Source: Candidatus Woesearchaeota archaeon
GTDB taxonomy: Archaea > Nanobdellota > Nanobdellia > Woesearchaeales > JAZDKJ01
Length of the DNA: 64,000 bases
Direction of reading: 5' to 3'
NCBI GenBank assembly: GCA_043803105.1
Contig: JAZDKJ010000010.1
Span: 47,052-111,051 of the forward strand
The position numbers and the translations under genes were made by a program. A model generated the notes under the pieces. It had not been told where the DNA came from. It ran no database searches and saw only the letters and a program-made list of their open reading frames with translations. Positions 27,301-37,276 of this stretch are shown piece by piece (position 1 is the stretch's first letter; each line of letters starts with the position of its first letter).

Positions 27301-27546
27301 ATGGAATCGATAACGATAAAGGTCGAGGATGATTTTGCAAGACAGATAGAAAAAGCAATGAAGCCAATGTACACTACGAAGACAGAATTCATAAGGGAAG
27401 CTATAAGGGACAAGATCAGCGCACAAAGAGAACAAATACTCAGGAAATACCTTGGTATATCAAAGACTAAGACTACCTATGCGGAAGAGAAACGTATAAG
27501 AAGGAAAGTTGCTAAAAAATATCTTGCCAAATTTGGACTAAAGTAA
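27301..27546 (+). CDS. Ribbon-helix-helix (CopG-like) antitoxin/regulator
   Basis: MESITIKVEDDFARQIE...YTTKTEFIREAIRDKI; TAGTCTTAC direct repeats between TATA box and ATG. Confidence 0.85.
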   Translation: MESITIKVEDDFARQIEKAMKPMYTTKTEFIREAIRDKISAQREQILRKYLGISKTKTTYAEEKRIRRKVAKKYLAKFGLK

Positions 27547-27948
27547 ATCTTCTGGTTTGTGTATTTCTAAATAACTAGCACATTCATCAAAATCATGATC
27601 CCTTGTGATTAGTACACACCGGTTATCCGTTGCCACGATTAGGTGTACAGCATCACTATAGTGCACCCTGGACAATTTGCGAGCTCTCAGAATCTGCTTT
27701 TCATCAACGTTTACATATTTGACGTTAATTTCAAAATCCTTAACAACTTCATTTAATTTTGATGAAAAAGATCCAAGTTCATCTATGAGAACATCGGAAA
27801 TGATGATAATATCATTTTCGGCAGCTGCCTTCCTCAAGAACTCAAAAGCCCACTCGCCCAAAGGCCTGAACCTATCTACACGGTTCTCAAAATAGTCCCT
27901 CCATATACTGGAGTCCACATAGTATTTTTTTGGCACAGAACTGTCCAC
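27538..27948 (-). CDS. PIN-domain (VapC-like) ribonuclease
   Basis: YYVDSSIW...EL...SDAVH...LITRDHDF. Confidence 0.88.
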   Translation of the reverse strand: MDSSVPKKYYVDSSIWRDYFENRVDRFRPLGEWAFEFLRKAAAENDIIIISDVLIDELGSFSSKLNEVVKDFEINVKYVNVDEKQILRARKLSRVHYSDAVHLIVATDNRCVLITRDHDFDECASYLEIHKPEDLL

Positions 27949-28082
27949 ACAAACAAACCTAATATACCCTTGTCCAAGAAAAACAGCATTCTTTCAGAAA
28001 TAATGAAAAATCGGCAATTATGGACAAGCGTTGATTTGGTCTCCTCAAAACTTGCTATTAACAATCGAATTAAGTGAAGCAG

Positions 28083-28706
28083 CTAAGAAGTCCGCATAAC
28101 AACACTTTGCCTAATACTCCTATCATGTACTTTAGAGAACAACCCAACCGCTACTATCGCCCCAATCAGTGCAACCAGCATGTCCCATTGCGTGTCCCAG
28201 ACATCTCCCTGTGTGCCTAAAAAAGCCTCTGCTGCAGCACCTGTGCCAACACTCACTCCAAATTCGACCAGTTCATAAAGAGCGCTTATCGCCAATGCCA
28301 TTCCTATAGTAACAATCACAAGCCAAAATCCTTTCTTAAGTGCAGTTGTGCGCTTCAGCATCTCTCTTATAATCAAAGCAGGCACAAACCCTTGGAAAAA
28401 GTGTCCAACCCTATCGTAAATGTTCCTTCCAAAATACTGTCTTGTCCATTCAAAGAATGGCACTTGTGCATATGTATAGTGACCCCCGATCATCAGTACA
28501 ATCATATGCAAGCTAATGAGCACATAAACCATGTTGCTGAACCTGAACCTGTTGTAAGTAAAGGCAAGAACAATAAAACCAATTATTGCAGGCGCTACCT
28601 CAAGCATCCATGTGAAATAGTCATGCGGATTGATCAAAGACCAGATAAAGGCAGCAATTAGCACCAATATCAATATCAGATGAAGTCTTTCAACTTTAGC
28701 CATCAC
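28083..28706 (-). CDS. DUF2238 (YjdF-like) membrane protein
   Basis: GGHYTYAQVP, RNIYDRVGHFFQG, YELVE, FLGTQGDVWDTQWDM. Confidence 0.9.
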   Translation of the reverse strand: MMAKVERLHLILILVLIAAFIWSLINPHDYFTWMLEVAPAIIGFIVLAFTYNRFRFSNMVYVLISLHMIVLMIGGHYTYAQVPFFEWTRQYFGRNIYDRVGHFFQGFVPALIIREMLKRTTALKKGFWLVIVTIGMALAISALYELVEFGVSVGTGAAAEAFLGTQGDVWDTQWDMLVALIGAIVAVGLFSKVHDRSIRQSVVMRTS

Positions 28707-28773
28707 AAAAGCCTCAATATCCCGATAATATAAATCTATTCCTTGCTTAGATCATCTGTGTTATTGACAATAG

Positions 28774-29376
28774 TTATGTCTTGCCTGTTACGATGAAGTT
28801 TATCTGGTCAAAGCTTAGAGCTGCATTTGTCCAGGGAGCAGAGTTCTGGGTCACTATAACACTTATGTTCCTGTAAAAGCCTGGCGGCAAGGCAAGTGTT
28901 TGACTGCGATAAAACTTTAGGTTGCCCCATTTGTCAGTTGTGACTGTTCCCAAAACCACAAATCCCTTGCTTCCTCCCAGCTTGGGATAAGGCCAATATC
29001 CACACTGCCAGACAGCTCCGCCATTTGGAAACTGGCAGCTGTTAGCCAATGCATCTACTTCAAAAACTGAGTAGTTAGTGTCAAGCTTTATCTGGTATTC
29101 AGTCAACGGCTTAAGCTTGCTGGCATATAGGTTTGCTTTGGCATTGCTTGTTTCTCCCATCCTGAAACCATCTTCTGACACCATATAATAACTTATCAGG
29201 CCTATTCCCATGTTAGTGCAGACGTTCTCATTTGGCATACCAATTCCAGTGCCAGCCCCCTTGCACAAGTTCTGTCCAGTCTTAAGGCTATACAAAGCAC
29301 TAAAACCCTGGTTCTTCCCAACCACAAATGTACCGGCTAACAACAAAACTGCCAGAAATAAAAGTACTTTTTTCAT
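28774..29376 (-). CDS. Secreted hypothetical protein
   Basis: MKKVLLFLAVLLLAG signal peptide; GGGGGTGG SD-like site. Confidence 0.75.
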   Translation of the reverse strand: MKKVLLFLAVLLLAGTFVVGKNQGFSALYSLKTGQNLCKGAGTGIGMPNENVCTNMGIGLISYYMVSEDGFRMGETSNAKANLYASKLKPLTEYQIKLDTNYSVFEVDALANSCQFPNGGAVWQCGYWPYPKLGGSKGFVVLGTVTTDKWGNLKFYRSQTLALPPGFYRNISVIVTQNSAPWTNAALSFDQINFIVTGKT

Positions 29377-29507
29377 TGTTCCACCCCTTTTTGAATACTA
29401 CCTTCTCCAATATGTATAATGCAAAACCGAGTTTAAATATCTATCGTAGGTTTTGTTATTCAAGTATGGGGACAAAGATTGCCCAAAATTAACAGCCTTG
29501 CAAGAAT

Positions 29508-30983
29508 CTATTCCTCATCAGGGTCATCCAGCGGATGTTTCTTGGCATAATCCTCGTTATATGCCACTATGCTCTTGTTTATCTGCCCAATTGTCTGCAT
29601 GTTTTTGGCAACGATTTTCTTGTTGAAGTCAACCAGTTTTCCAGTGCCCTTCATAATATTCTTTTCCAGAGTGCCTATTTCTCTTATAAGACCCTCTGCC
29701 GCACCAGTTGTGCTTATCTTGAACAGCAAACTGTGATAAGCAATCGGCTCTACTGGCCTTACCTCCCTTAATTTTGGCACGAATATGAACGAAGCACAGT
29801 ATCTTATCAGCCCGCTCAAAAGGAATATCAGCATGTACTTTGACCAGAACACATGGTTGTACTTTACTATGAAGCTTCCGAACATCGCCCCTGTGAATAT
29901 TGCAATTCCGTTTAGTGCATTGTAATATGCCACACACGTTGCCCTTTTCTGAGGTGTTGTAGTGTCAAATGTGAAGTTGAAAGATGAAAGCTCAAATCCA
30001 GCCCACACAAACCCTGAGTATGCCTGTATGATGAGAAGGTACCACACTTTCGCTGAAAAAAGCCAAAGTATCGGAACTAGTGGCATCAGGAACCCGGTTA
30101 GGCTAAGTATTTTTCTTGTCCCAAACCGATCAGAGAATCTTCCCCATATCGGCATTGTCAGGTATTTTACAATGAGTGATGCAGCAGTAACTATTGTGAA
30201 CGTTAGATAATTCATTTTCAGGTCATAGAGCATATACGCAGTAAAGAACGGTGAGGAGGCATACACTGCAAAGTTCATCACGTTTAGATACAAAACAAAC
30301 CTTCCGTAATTCCGGCGCTTTGCCTGTTTGATAAACTCCCAGAGGCTGAACTGCTCTTCCTCAACAAGCTTGTATTCTGGCTCGAATTTCTTGGTCAGCA
30401 TTATTACCGATAATATTCTTGACCCCAAAGCCAGCCCAAAAAGCACAGCAAAGCCGATGTACTCCATTGTTTCGCTTGTGCTGAAAGCCTGTAGCAAGTA
30501 CCCTCCTGCAAGGAATGTGAAGAATGTTGTTAACCCTGCTATCTTGTTTCTTTTTCCAAAATATGCCCCTCTTTCCTTGTCAGATACAAGGTCTCCCATC
30601 CAGCTGCTCCACGCCGGATTTAGGATTAACCCCAGTGTCCAGTAGATGCATACAAAGAATATCAGGTAGTATATCCGAAATGTTCCGAGGAAGAATATCA
30701 ATGCTATCGGTATGTACATCAGCCCCTCAAGCAAAGCGCTGATGTAGACAAAGCGCTTCCTTGACTTGAAGTACTTTACAAGCCTGTTCGAAAATAGTTG
30801 CGATAATGAGCCAAGTGACTTTGGCAGCGCATCGAGCATGCCGAGCTGCACGCTCGTAGCTTTCATCATTACTGCAAATGCTGCAAAGAATGACTCTCCA
30901 AACCCGACCATTGCCGAGTAGAAGCTTCCGTCCAGTATGGAGTACCGAAGGCTTTTCTTTATTTTATCATCTTCTTCAGCCAA
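29508..30983 (-). CDS. MFS transporter
   Basis: About 12 hydrophobic segments; WGRFSDRFGTRK motif A; WMGDLV..ERGAYFGKR. Confidence 0.9.
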   Translation of the reverse strand: MAEEDDKIKKSLRYSILDGSFYSAMVGFGESFFAAFAVMMKATSVQLGMLDALPKSLGSLSQLFSNRLVKYFKSRKRFVYISALLEGLMYIPIALIFFLGTFRIYYLIFFVCIYWTLGLILNPAWSSWMGDLVSDKERGAYFGKRNKIAGLTTFFTFLAGGYLLQAFSTSETMEYIGFAVLFGLALGSRILSVIMLTKKFEPEYKLVEEEQFSLWEFIKQAKRRNYGRFVLYLNVMNFAVYASSPFFTAYMLYDLKMNYLTFTIVTAASLIVKYLTMPIWGRFSDRFGTRKILSLTGFLMPLVPILWLFSAKVWYLLIIQAYSGFVWAGFELSSFNFTFDTTTPQKRATCVAYYNALNGIAIFTGAMFGSFIVKYNHVFWSKYMLIFLLSGLIRYCASFIFVPKLREVRPVEPIAYHSLLFKISTTGAAEGLIREIGTLEKNIMKGTGKLVDFNKKIVAKNMQTIGQINKSIVAYNEDYAKKHPLDDPDEE

Positions 30984-31117
30984 AGAACACCTCTTTTCAT
31001 CTATTGCTATTTTTGTTCAATTTAAATTCTTTGCGATATATGTTATTGTAAACAAAAATATTTAAATACTTGTAGTAGCTCACACCTACTGCGCAAAAAT
31101 GCAAAGGCAGTTAATCA

Positions 31118-33448
31118 ATGAACGGTACTGAAAAGAAGAACTTTCTATTTGTATCCATCGACGCGCTCATAAGCGACATCGCATGGCAGGTCTTGAAAGA
31201 AGGCCACAATGTCAAGTACTTTATTGAGGATCCAACCCAAAAGGATATTGCAGACGGCTTTGTGCCCAAGACTGACAACTGGGAGAAAGAGGTCGATTGG
31301 GCTGATATAATTATTTTCGATGATGTTCTAGGCCAGGGAAAAAAGGCAGAGAAGCTAAAGGCACAGGGCAAGCTTGTTATCGGCGGCAGTTCTTATACTG
31401 ACATGCTTGAGGACGACCGCGCTTTTGGCCAGGAGGAATTAAAAAAGGCAGGTGTGCCGATTATTCCTTATGGTGACTTTACCTCTTTTGATGATGCCGT
31501 CGCCTTTGTCCAGGAGAGTCCTGGAAAATATGTCATCAAGCCAAGTGGAGAGGCTCAGAACATCAAGAGGCTGCTTTTTGTCGGTGAAGAAGAGGATGGC
31601 AAGGACGTTATTCAGGTCTTGGAAGCCTACAAGCGCGCGTGGAGCAAGGAAGTCAAGGTCTTCCAGCTGCAAAGGAAGGTTACTGGTGTTGAGGTTGCTG
31701 TCGGCGCCTTCTTTAACGGCAACGAATTCATCAACCCTATTAATGTGAATTTCGAGCACAAGAAGCTTTTTCCAGGAAATATCGGACCTTCGACTGGCGA
31801 GATGGGCTGTTATGATGAAAAAACAGAAGTCTTAACCAGGAGAGGTTGGAAATTCTTCAGGCAAGCCAGCAAGAATGATGAATTCATTACTCTAAACAAG
31901 AAAGGCATTATCGAATACCAAAAGCCAACTGACATTGTTGTGATGGACACCCACAAGGAGCTTCTTATAATCAGTAATCAGACAGTCGATATTGCTGTTA
32001 CTTTGAACCATAACATGTATGGCATTGAAGCAAATGAGTACAGGAAAGGCAAAAGGAGCTTTGGCTTCGTCCAGGCAAAGAACATGCCAAGCCAGTTTGT
32101 TGTTCCTAGGACTGCTGATTGGTTTGGTATTGAGGAAAAATCCTTTGTCCTCAAATCTATCGGGATTGGCCACAGGTCAGGAACTAAGGTTGTTGAAAAA
32201 GATTCAGGCAATTTGCAGATTAAGATGGACGACTGGCTGAAGTTCCTCGGTTTTTACATTGCTGAAGGAAGCTGCTCTGTTGGCTACAAAGTCAGCATTG
32301 CCTGCGAGAAGAATAAGGAGCAAGTCAGGCAAATGCTTGCAAAGATGCCCTTTAAGTTCTCCCATGGCGGGTCTGAGTTCTATGTTTATCATAAGCAGCT
32401 TTGGTCTTACCTGAACAAATTAGGCAAGGCAGACAAGAAGCATGTTCCAAGTTTTGTCAAGGACCTTTCAAAGAGGCAAATTTCCATTTTCCTGGATTGG
32501 TATGGTTTTGGTGATGCCAACCTGAATAATGGTTTTAGGATTTTCTATACCTCATCCAAAAAGCTTGCTGATGACGTGCAGGAGCTTCTGCTGAAGATAG
32601 GAAGGGTTGGTATAATCAAGGTAAGGAGAAGAAAAGGTAAGGTCTGGATAAAAGACCACTGGGCAAATATCAACTATCCGCAGTATGAGGTTCTTGAGCG
32701 CATAAAAAAGACTGTATCCTGGCTTGACAAGCGTGATATGGAGATTGTCCCTTATGATAAGTCGGTTTATTGCGTGACTGTTCCCAATCACACCTTATAT
32801 GTCAGGCGCAACGGAAAGCCCTTATTCTGCGGTAACACCGCGATGTTCTGGTCTATGCCTAACAAGATCTTCAACGCCACCCTAAAAAAGATGGAGGCCA
32901 AGCTTGCGGAAGAGAAATACACAGGATACATTGACATCAATTGCATAGTGAACAATAATGGAATTTATCCCTTGGAGTGGACTTCCCGCTTTGGCTATCC
33001 TGCGATCAGCATCCAGCAAGAAGGAATCCTTAATCCTATGGGTGAATTTATGCTTGACCTTGCCAAAGGCAATTCACCAAAGCTCAAGACAAAGAGCGGT
33101 TTCCAGATAGGAATAAGGATTGTAGTGCCTCCCTTTCCTTTCAACGACAACCCAACCTTTGATGCGTACTCCAGAGAGGCTGCAATCATTTTCAAGAAGC
33201 CAAACCTTGATGGTGTGCACATAGAGGATGTGAAAAAGATTAACGGTGATTGGCTTGTTACCGGAACTGCTGGTGTTGCGCTCATCGTTGTCGGCACTGG
33301 TCAGACCATGAAGCAGGCCCAGAACCAGGTTTACAGCCGTGTAAATAATATTCTCATCCCTAACATGTACTACAGGACCGATATCGGTAATCGCTGGTTT
33401 GAGGACTCTGACCGCCTGCATAACTGGGGTTATTTAAGAGAGCTCTGA
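31118..33448 (+). CDS. purD: Phosphoribosylamine-glycine ligase-like ATP-grasp enzyme containing an intein
   Basis: LEDDRAFGQ, YVIKPSG, FEHKKLF..NIGPSTGEMG, LEWTSRFGYP, MYYRTDIG; 433 aa after intein removal. Confidence 0.75.
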   Translation: MNGTEKKNFLFVSIDALISDIAWQVLKEGHNVKYFIEDPTQKDIADGFVPKTDNWEKEVDWADIIIFDDVLGQGKKAEKLKAQGKLVIGGSSYTDMLEDDRAFGQEELKKAGVPIIPYGDFTSFDDAVAFVQESPGKYVIKPSGEAQNIKRLLFVGEEEDGKDVIQVLEAYKRAWSKEVKVFQLQRKVTGVEVAVGAFFNGNEFINPINVNFEHKKLFPGNIGPSTGEMGCYDEKTEVLTRRGWKFFRQASKNDEFITLNKKGIIEYQKPTDIVVMDTHKELLIISNQTVDIAVTLNHNMYGIEANEYRKGKRSFGFVQAKNMPSQFVVPRTADWFGIEEKSFVLKSIGIGHRSGTKVVEKDSGNLQIKMDDWLKFLGFYIAEGSCSVGYKVSIACEKNKEQVRQMLAKMPFKFSHGGSEFYVYHKQLWSYLNKLGKADKKHVPSFVKDLSKRQISIFLDWYGFGDANLNNGFRIFYTSSKKLADDVQELLLKIGRVGIIKVRRRKGKVWIKDHWANINYPQYEVLERIKKTVSWLDKRDMEIVPYDKSVYCVTVPNHTLYVRRNGKPLFCGNTAMFWSMPNKIFNATLKKMEAKLAEEKYTGYIDINCIVNNNGIYPLEWTSRFGYPAISIQQEGILNPMGEFMLDLAKGNSPKLKTKSGFQIGIRIVVPPFPFNDNPTFDAYSREAAIIFKKPNLDGVHIEDVKKINGDWLVTGTAGVALIVVGTGQTMKQAQNQVYSRVNNILIPNMYYRTDIGNRWFEDSDRLHNWGYLREL
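31808..32836 (+). mobile_element. Intein with LAGLIDADG homing endonuclease (343 aa)
   Basis: Block A CYDEKTEVLT, block B TLNH, FLGFYIAEG, TSSKKLADDVQELLLKIG, C-terminal VYCVTVPNHTLYVRRNGKPLFCGN followed by Thr. Confidence 0.93.
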
Positions 33449-33489
33449 TTATCGAAATGTTTTTAATGCCACTCCTGTGAGTACCACTA

Positions 33490-35430
33490 ATGCGCAAGGC
33501 TTGCCCTCTCCTTTTATTTTTCATACTGCTTCCTGCAGTATTTTCCTCAGAGGACTGGCTCTACAAGAGCAATCAGGCAAAATTCGTTGTTGAAGTCTCT
33601 CAAGACGCTAAAGTAATCAGGTTTGATGACCCACTTCTTGAGTCTGCAACTGCTATCTTAGATTTTTTTCCCAGGGATGATAGCAGGCAGAAAGTGACTA
33701 CCCTTATCACCTTCCCAGAATCGACTGCTTCCTTTGATACCATAGTTTACCAATGGAGCAAGCCCAAGGAAGATGTCCTGACTTTCTCCCTTTACAGCCA
33801 TGTTGTAACCACAAGTAAATTCTTTCCCATTAACCAAAAGGTGGATTTTCCTATCCTTTACAGTGGCCCAGAACTGGAGAAGTTCTTGGCCCAAACCCTT
33901 TACATTGATTTCTCCAACCCTAAGATTCGCGAGCTTGCAGATGAGCTCTCTAAGGATGAGGATGACCTTTTTGATGTCTGTTTTAGTCTTGCTGAATGGG
34001 TGCATGCCAACATCCAGTACGAGCCAACGCCCGAGACTGTGAATTTTGCCCAGAAGGCTTCCTGGGTTCTCGAACAAAGGAAAGGCGTCTGTGATGAGAT
34101 GACCACACTTTTTATCGCTCTTGCAAGAAGCCTCGGCATTCCTGCAAAGTTCGTTAGCGGATTGGCTTTAGGTGGCAACGGAGAATTTGCCACTCATGCT
34201 TGGCCTGAGGTCTATTTCCAGGGCTTTGGCTGGATCCCTTTTGATGTGACCAATCGGGAGTATGGTTATCTCGATGTTTCTCACATTAAACTGAGAGAGT
34301 CTGTAGATGCTGATGTTCCATCTTCGCGTTTTGAGTGGGTTGGCCAAGATGTTGATCTTGACCGTTCAGAGCTTAAAGTAGATGCTGATGCTCTCCAAAC
34401 GCAAGGTGATTTGCAGCCACGCGTTTCTGTCCAGCTCCTGCCTGTCTTTTCTCAGCTTGGTGAAAGTTCTTTGGGGCTTGTGCAGGCCAGCCTCATGAAT
34501 GAGAATCCATACTATGTTGTTTTGGTTCTAAGGGCTTCTTCTATGCTTGATGTATTGCAGCCTGAACAGGCTGTGCTCCTTCATCCAAACGAGAAAAAGA
34601 CTGTCTTCTGGGTTGTGCAAGCCCCCGAGTTTGTCAATGGCAAAGCTTCTTTTTCTGTGTTTGTCAACGACAATTTCAACTTTACAGCATTTCTCGAGCT
34701 TGGCTCTGATTTCAAGGTTTTTTCAGAGCAGGAAGTTTATCAGGAGATGGACAACCGGAAGGGAAATGACAAGCTGCCTGACCGCTCTAGGATTCAGATG
34801 CAATGTATTCCTGCCTCTCCAGAGTTCTATCCTGACGAAAGATTTGTCGTTAATTGTATTGTCAATAACCCTTCCAATGAGCCTATGCAGGCTGTTCTTG
34901 TCTGCCTTGAACAGGATTGCCATAATCTTTCTCTTGAGCCCAAAGAGAGGAAGTCCTCCGCTTTTGAGGTCAAAGAATCTCAGCTTCTCTTCACTGCGTC
35001 TTTTGGCAGCGCTTCCAGAGAGAACAATCTTACTCTCAGAGTGCTTGACCTGCCTTCCTTGAGAATCATGAACATTTCATATCCTGAAAGAGTGCAGTTT
35101 GGCAAGGATTATTCAATCGGGTTTTCCCTCAAAAAGACCTCGCATGATAATCCGAGGAATGTGCTCGTAATCGTGGACAGTGCTGGTGAGACCAGGAGTT
35201 TTGAGCTAAAGGAGTTGAACAGCACCAGGGATTATTTTGTCCAGATGAAAGGGAATTCTTTGCTCGATCAGCCAGGTGACTTCAAGATTGTGGCAAGTTA
35301 TTATGACTTGCACAATCGCCGTTACGAGGATGAAAAGTCATTTTCCCTAAAGCTTGAAGGCCTTTCCTTCTCTCAAAGGATTCGCGTCCTTTATCTTAAG
35401 GCGATAAGCAAGCTTTCTTCTTTTTTTTGA
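33490..35430 (+). CDS. Secreted transglutaminase-like domain protein
   Basis: Signal peptide; GVCDE...RSLGIPAKFVSG...HAWPEVY...WIPFD catalytic C-H-D triad. Confidence 0.9.
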   Translation: MRKACPLLLFFILLPAVFSSEDWLYKSNQAKFVVEVSQDAKVIRFDDPLLESATAILDFFPRDDSRQKVTTLITFPESTASFDTIVYQWSKPKEDVLTFSLYSHVVTTSKFFPINQKVDFPILYSGPELEKFLAQTLYIDFSNPKIRELADELSKDEDDLFDVCFSLAEWVHANIQYEPTPETVNFAQKASWVLEQRKGVCDEMTTLFIALARSLGIPAKFVSGLALGGNGEFATHAWPEVYFQGFGWIPFDVTNREYGYLDVSHIKLRESVDADVPSSRFEWVGQDVDLDRSELKVDADALQTQGDLQPRVSVQLLPVFSQLGESSLGLVQASLMNENPYYVVLVLRASSMLDVLQPEQAVLLHPNEKKTVFWVVQAPEFVNGKASFSVFVNDNFNFTAFLELGSDFKVFSEQEVYQEMDNRKGNDKLPDRSRIQMQCIPASPEFYPDERFVVNCIVNNPSNEPMQAVLVCLEQDCHNLSLEPKERKSSAFEVKESQLLFTASFGSASRENNLTLRVLDLPSLRIMNISYPERVQFGKDYSIGFSLKKTSHDNPRNVLVIVDSAGETRSFELKELNSTRDYFVQMKGNSLLDQPGDFKIVASYYDLHNRRYEDEKSFSLKLEGLSFSQRIRVLYLKAISKLSSFF

Positions 35431-35470
35431 AAACAAAAGAATTATATAATGACTGGTCTTCTGTTGTTGT

Positions 35471-37276
35471 ATGAAAATCGAGCGCTTGGTTCCCGATACC
35501 TCAATTATTATAGAGGGTATTTGCTCGCAGAAGATTGCAAATGACGAGTTTAAGCCTGACAAGATCATCATCCATGAGGCTGTGCTCTCAGAGCTCGAGC
35601 ATCAGGCAAATCTTAACAAGGCTATTGGCTTTCTTGGTTTAGAAGAGCTTCAGAAACTGAGGCAGCTCTCTAAGTCAAAGGGTTTTGAGCTTGTTTTCTC
35701 TGGAAGAAAACCCACTCCGGCAGAGATGAAGTTCTCAAATCTTGGTGAGATTGATTCCATGATTAGGGACCTTGCCTTTGAAGAGGATGCAACACTTATC
35801 ACTGCTGACAAGATTCAGGCAAGGGCTGCAGAAATAAAAGGAATCAAGGTCATTCTCCAGACATTAAGTGATGTCAGAAAAAAGCTCAAGTTAGAATCAT
35901 TTTTCGACGATACCACCATGAGTGTCCATTTGCGCGAGAACATTGAGCCCTTTGCAAAGAAGGGTGTTCCAGGCAACTGGAAGTTTGTGTCTGTCCGCTC
36001 CAAAATATTGTCAAGGGAAGAGGTCCAGGACATCTCAAGGGAGATTATTGAAGAGGCAGGAGTAAGGCGAGATGGCTTTATCGAGATTGAGCGGCCAGGT
36101 TCAACAATTGTTCAACTGGGTGTTTACCGCACCGTCATCACCAAGCCTCCATTCTCTGACGGTTGGGAGATTACTGCAGTTAGGCCTGTTAAGCGCCTCA
36201 CACTGGATGATTACAAGCTTTCCCAGAAGCTTGCTGATAGGATTAAGAGTCACGCAGAAGGTATTCTGATTGCAGGCGCTCCCGGTATGGGAAAATCAAC
36301 CTTTGCCCAGGCCCTAGCAGAGTTTTACGCTGACCAGGGTAAGATTGTTAAGACTGTTGAGGCTCCTCGCGACTTAATCCTCAAAGATAATGTTACGCAA
36401 TACGCCATTTCTCATGGCGATGCCCAGGAGATCCATGATGTCCTTCTTTTGTCAAGGCCTGACAATACTATTTTTGATGAGATGCGCAACACTGATGATT
36501 TTCGTCTTTTTGCTGACTTGAGGCTTGCTGGCATCGGCCTCGCCGGAGTTGTCCATGCAACTAATCCTATTGATGCAATCCAGCGCTTTGTAGGCAGGAT
36601 TGAGCTTGGAGTCATTCCACAGGTCATAGACACAGTGATTTTCATTAAGAATGGTGCTGTTGGCAAGGTCTTGAGCCTGCAGATGGTTGTCAAGGTTCCT
36701 TCTGGAATGACAGAAGCTGATTTGGCAAGGCCTGTCGTTGTTGTTAACGACTTTGAGACCAATAAACTTGAGTATGAGCTTTATTCTTATGGCGAAGAGA
36801 CTGTTGTAGTTCCTGTTAGAGAGTCGTTTAAGCCAGCAGCTCATAAGCTTGCTTCTCAGACAATCGAGCGTGAACTTAAAAAGTATTGTACTGCTTGTGA
36901 GGTTGAGCTCGTCTCTGACCAAAAGTGCATTGTCCGCGCTCCCAAGAATGAGATTGCCCAGTTGATCGGTAAGCAGGGAAAGACCATTGACCAGATAGAG
37001 AAGACCTTAGGCATCTCCATTGACGTGCAGGAGCTTGGCGAATCAGCTAAGAGCGACCCTATAGAATTCCATGCCCAGATAACAAAGAAGGCAGTGGAGC
37101 TTTTCCTTAACTCCAAGTATCAATCCAAGGATGTTGACATCCATGTAGGTGGTGATTATCTTCTCTCAGCAAAAGTCGGAAAATCCGGTGTGCTTAAGAT
37201 TGCCAAGGACAATAAGATTGGAAGGATCCTTGTTGATGCAATCAATTCTGGAGAGAAGGTTGAGATTCTTATTTAG
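35471..37276 (+). CDS. PIN domain + PilT/VirB11-like ATPase + KH domain (PINA-type)
   Basis: VPDTS, TLITAD, GAPGMGKST, VEAPRDL, FDEMR, VHA, LIGKQGKTI KH motif. Confidence 0.92.
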   Translation: MKIERLVPDTSIIIEGICSQKIANDEFKPDKIIIHEAVLSELEHQANLNKAIGFLGLEELQKLRQLSKSKGFELVFSGRKPTPAEMKFSNLGEIDSMIRDLAFEEDATLITADKIQARAAEIKGIKVILQTLSDVRKKLKLESFFDDTTMSVHLRENIEPFAKKGVPGNWKFVSVRSKILSREEVQDISREIIEEAGVRRDGFIEIERPGSTIVQLGVYRTVITKPPFSDGWEITAVRPVKRLTLDDYKLSQKLADRIKSHAEGILIAGAPGMGKSTFAQALAEFYADQGKIVKTVEAPRDLILKDNVTQYAISHGDAQEIHDVLLLSRPDNTIFDEMRNTDDFRLFADLRLAGIGLAGVVHATNPIDAIQRFVGRIELGVIPQVIDTVIFIKNGAVGKVLSLQMVVKVPSGMTEADLARPVVVVNDFETNKLEYELYSYGEETVVVPVRESFKPAAHKLASQTIERELKKYCTACEVELVSDQKCIVRAPKNEIAQLIGKQGKTIDQIEKTLGISIDVQELGESAKSDPIEFHAQITKKAVELFLNSKYQSKDVDIHVGGDYLLSAKVGKSGVLKIAKDNKIGRILVDAINSGEKVEILI

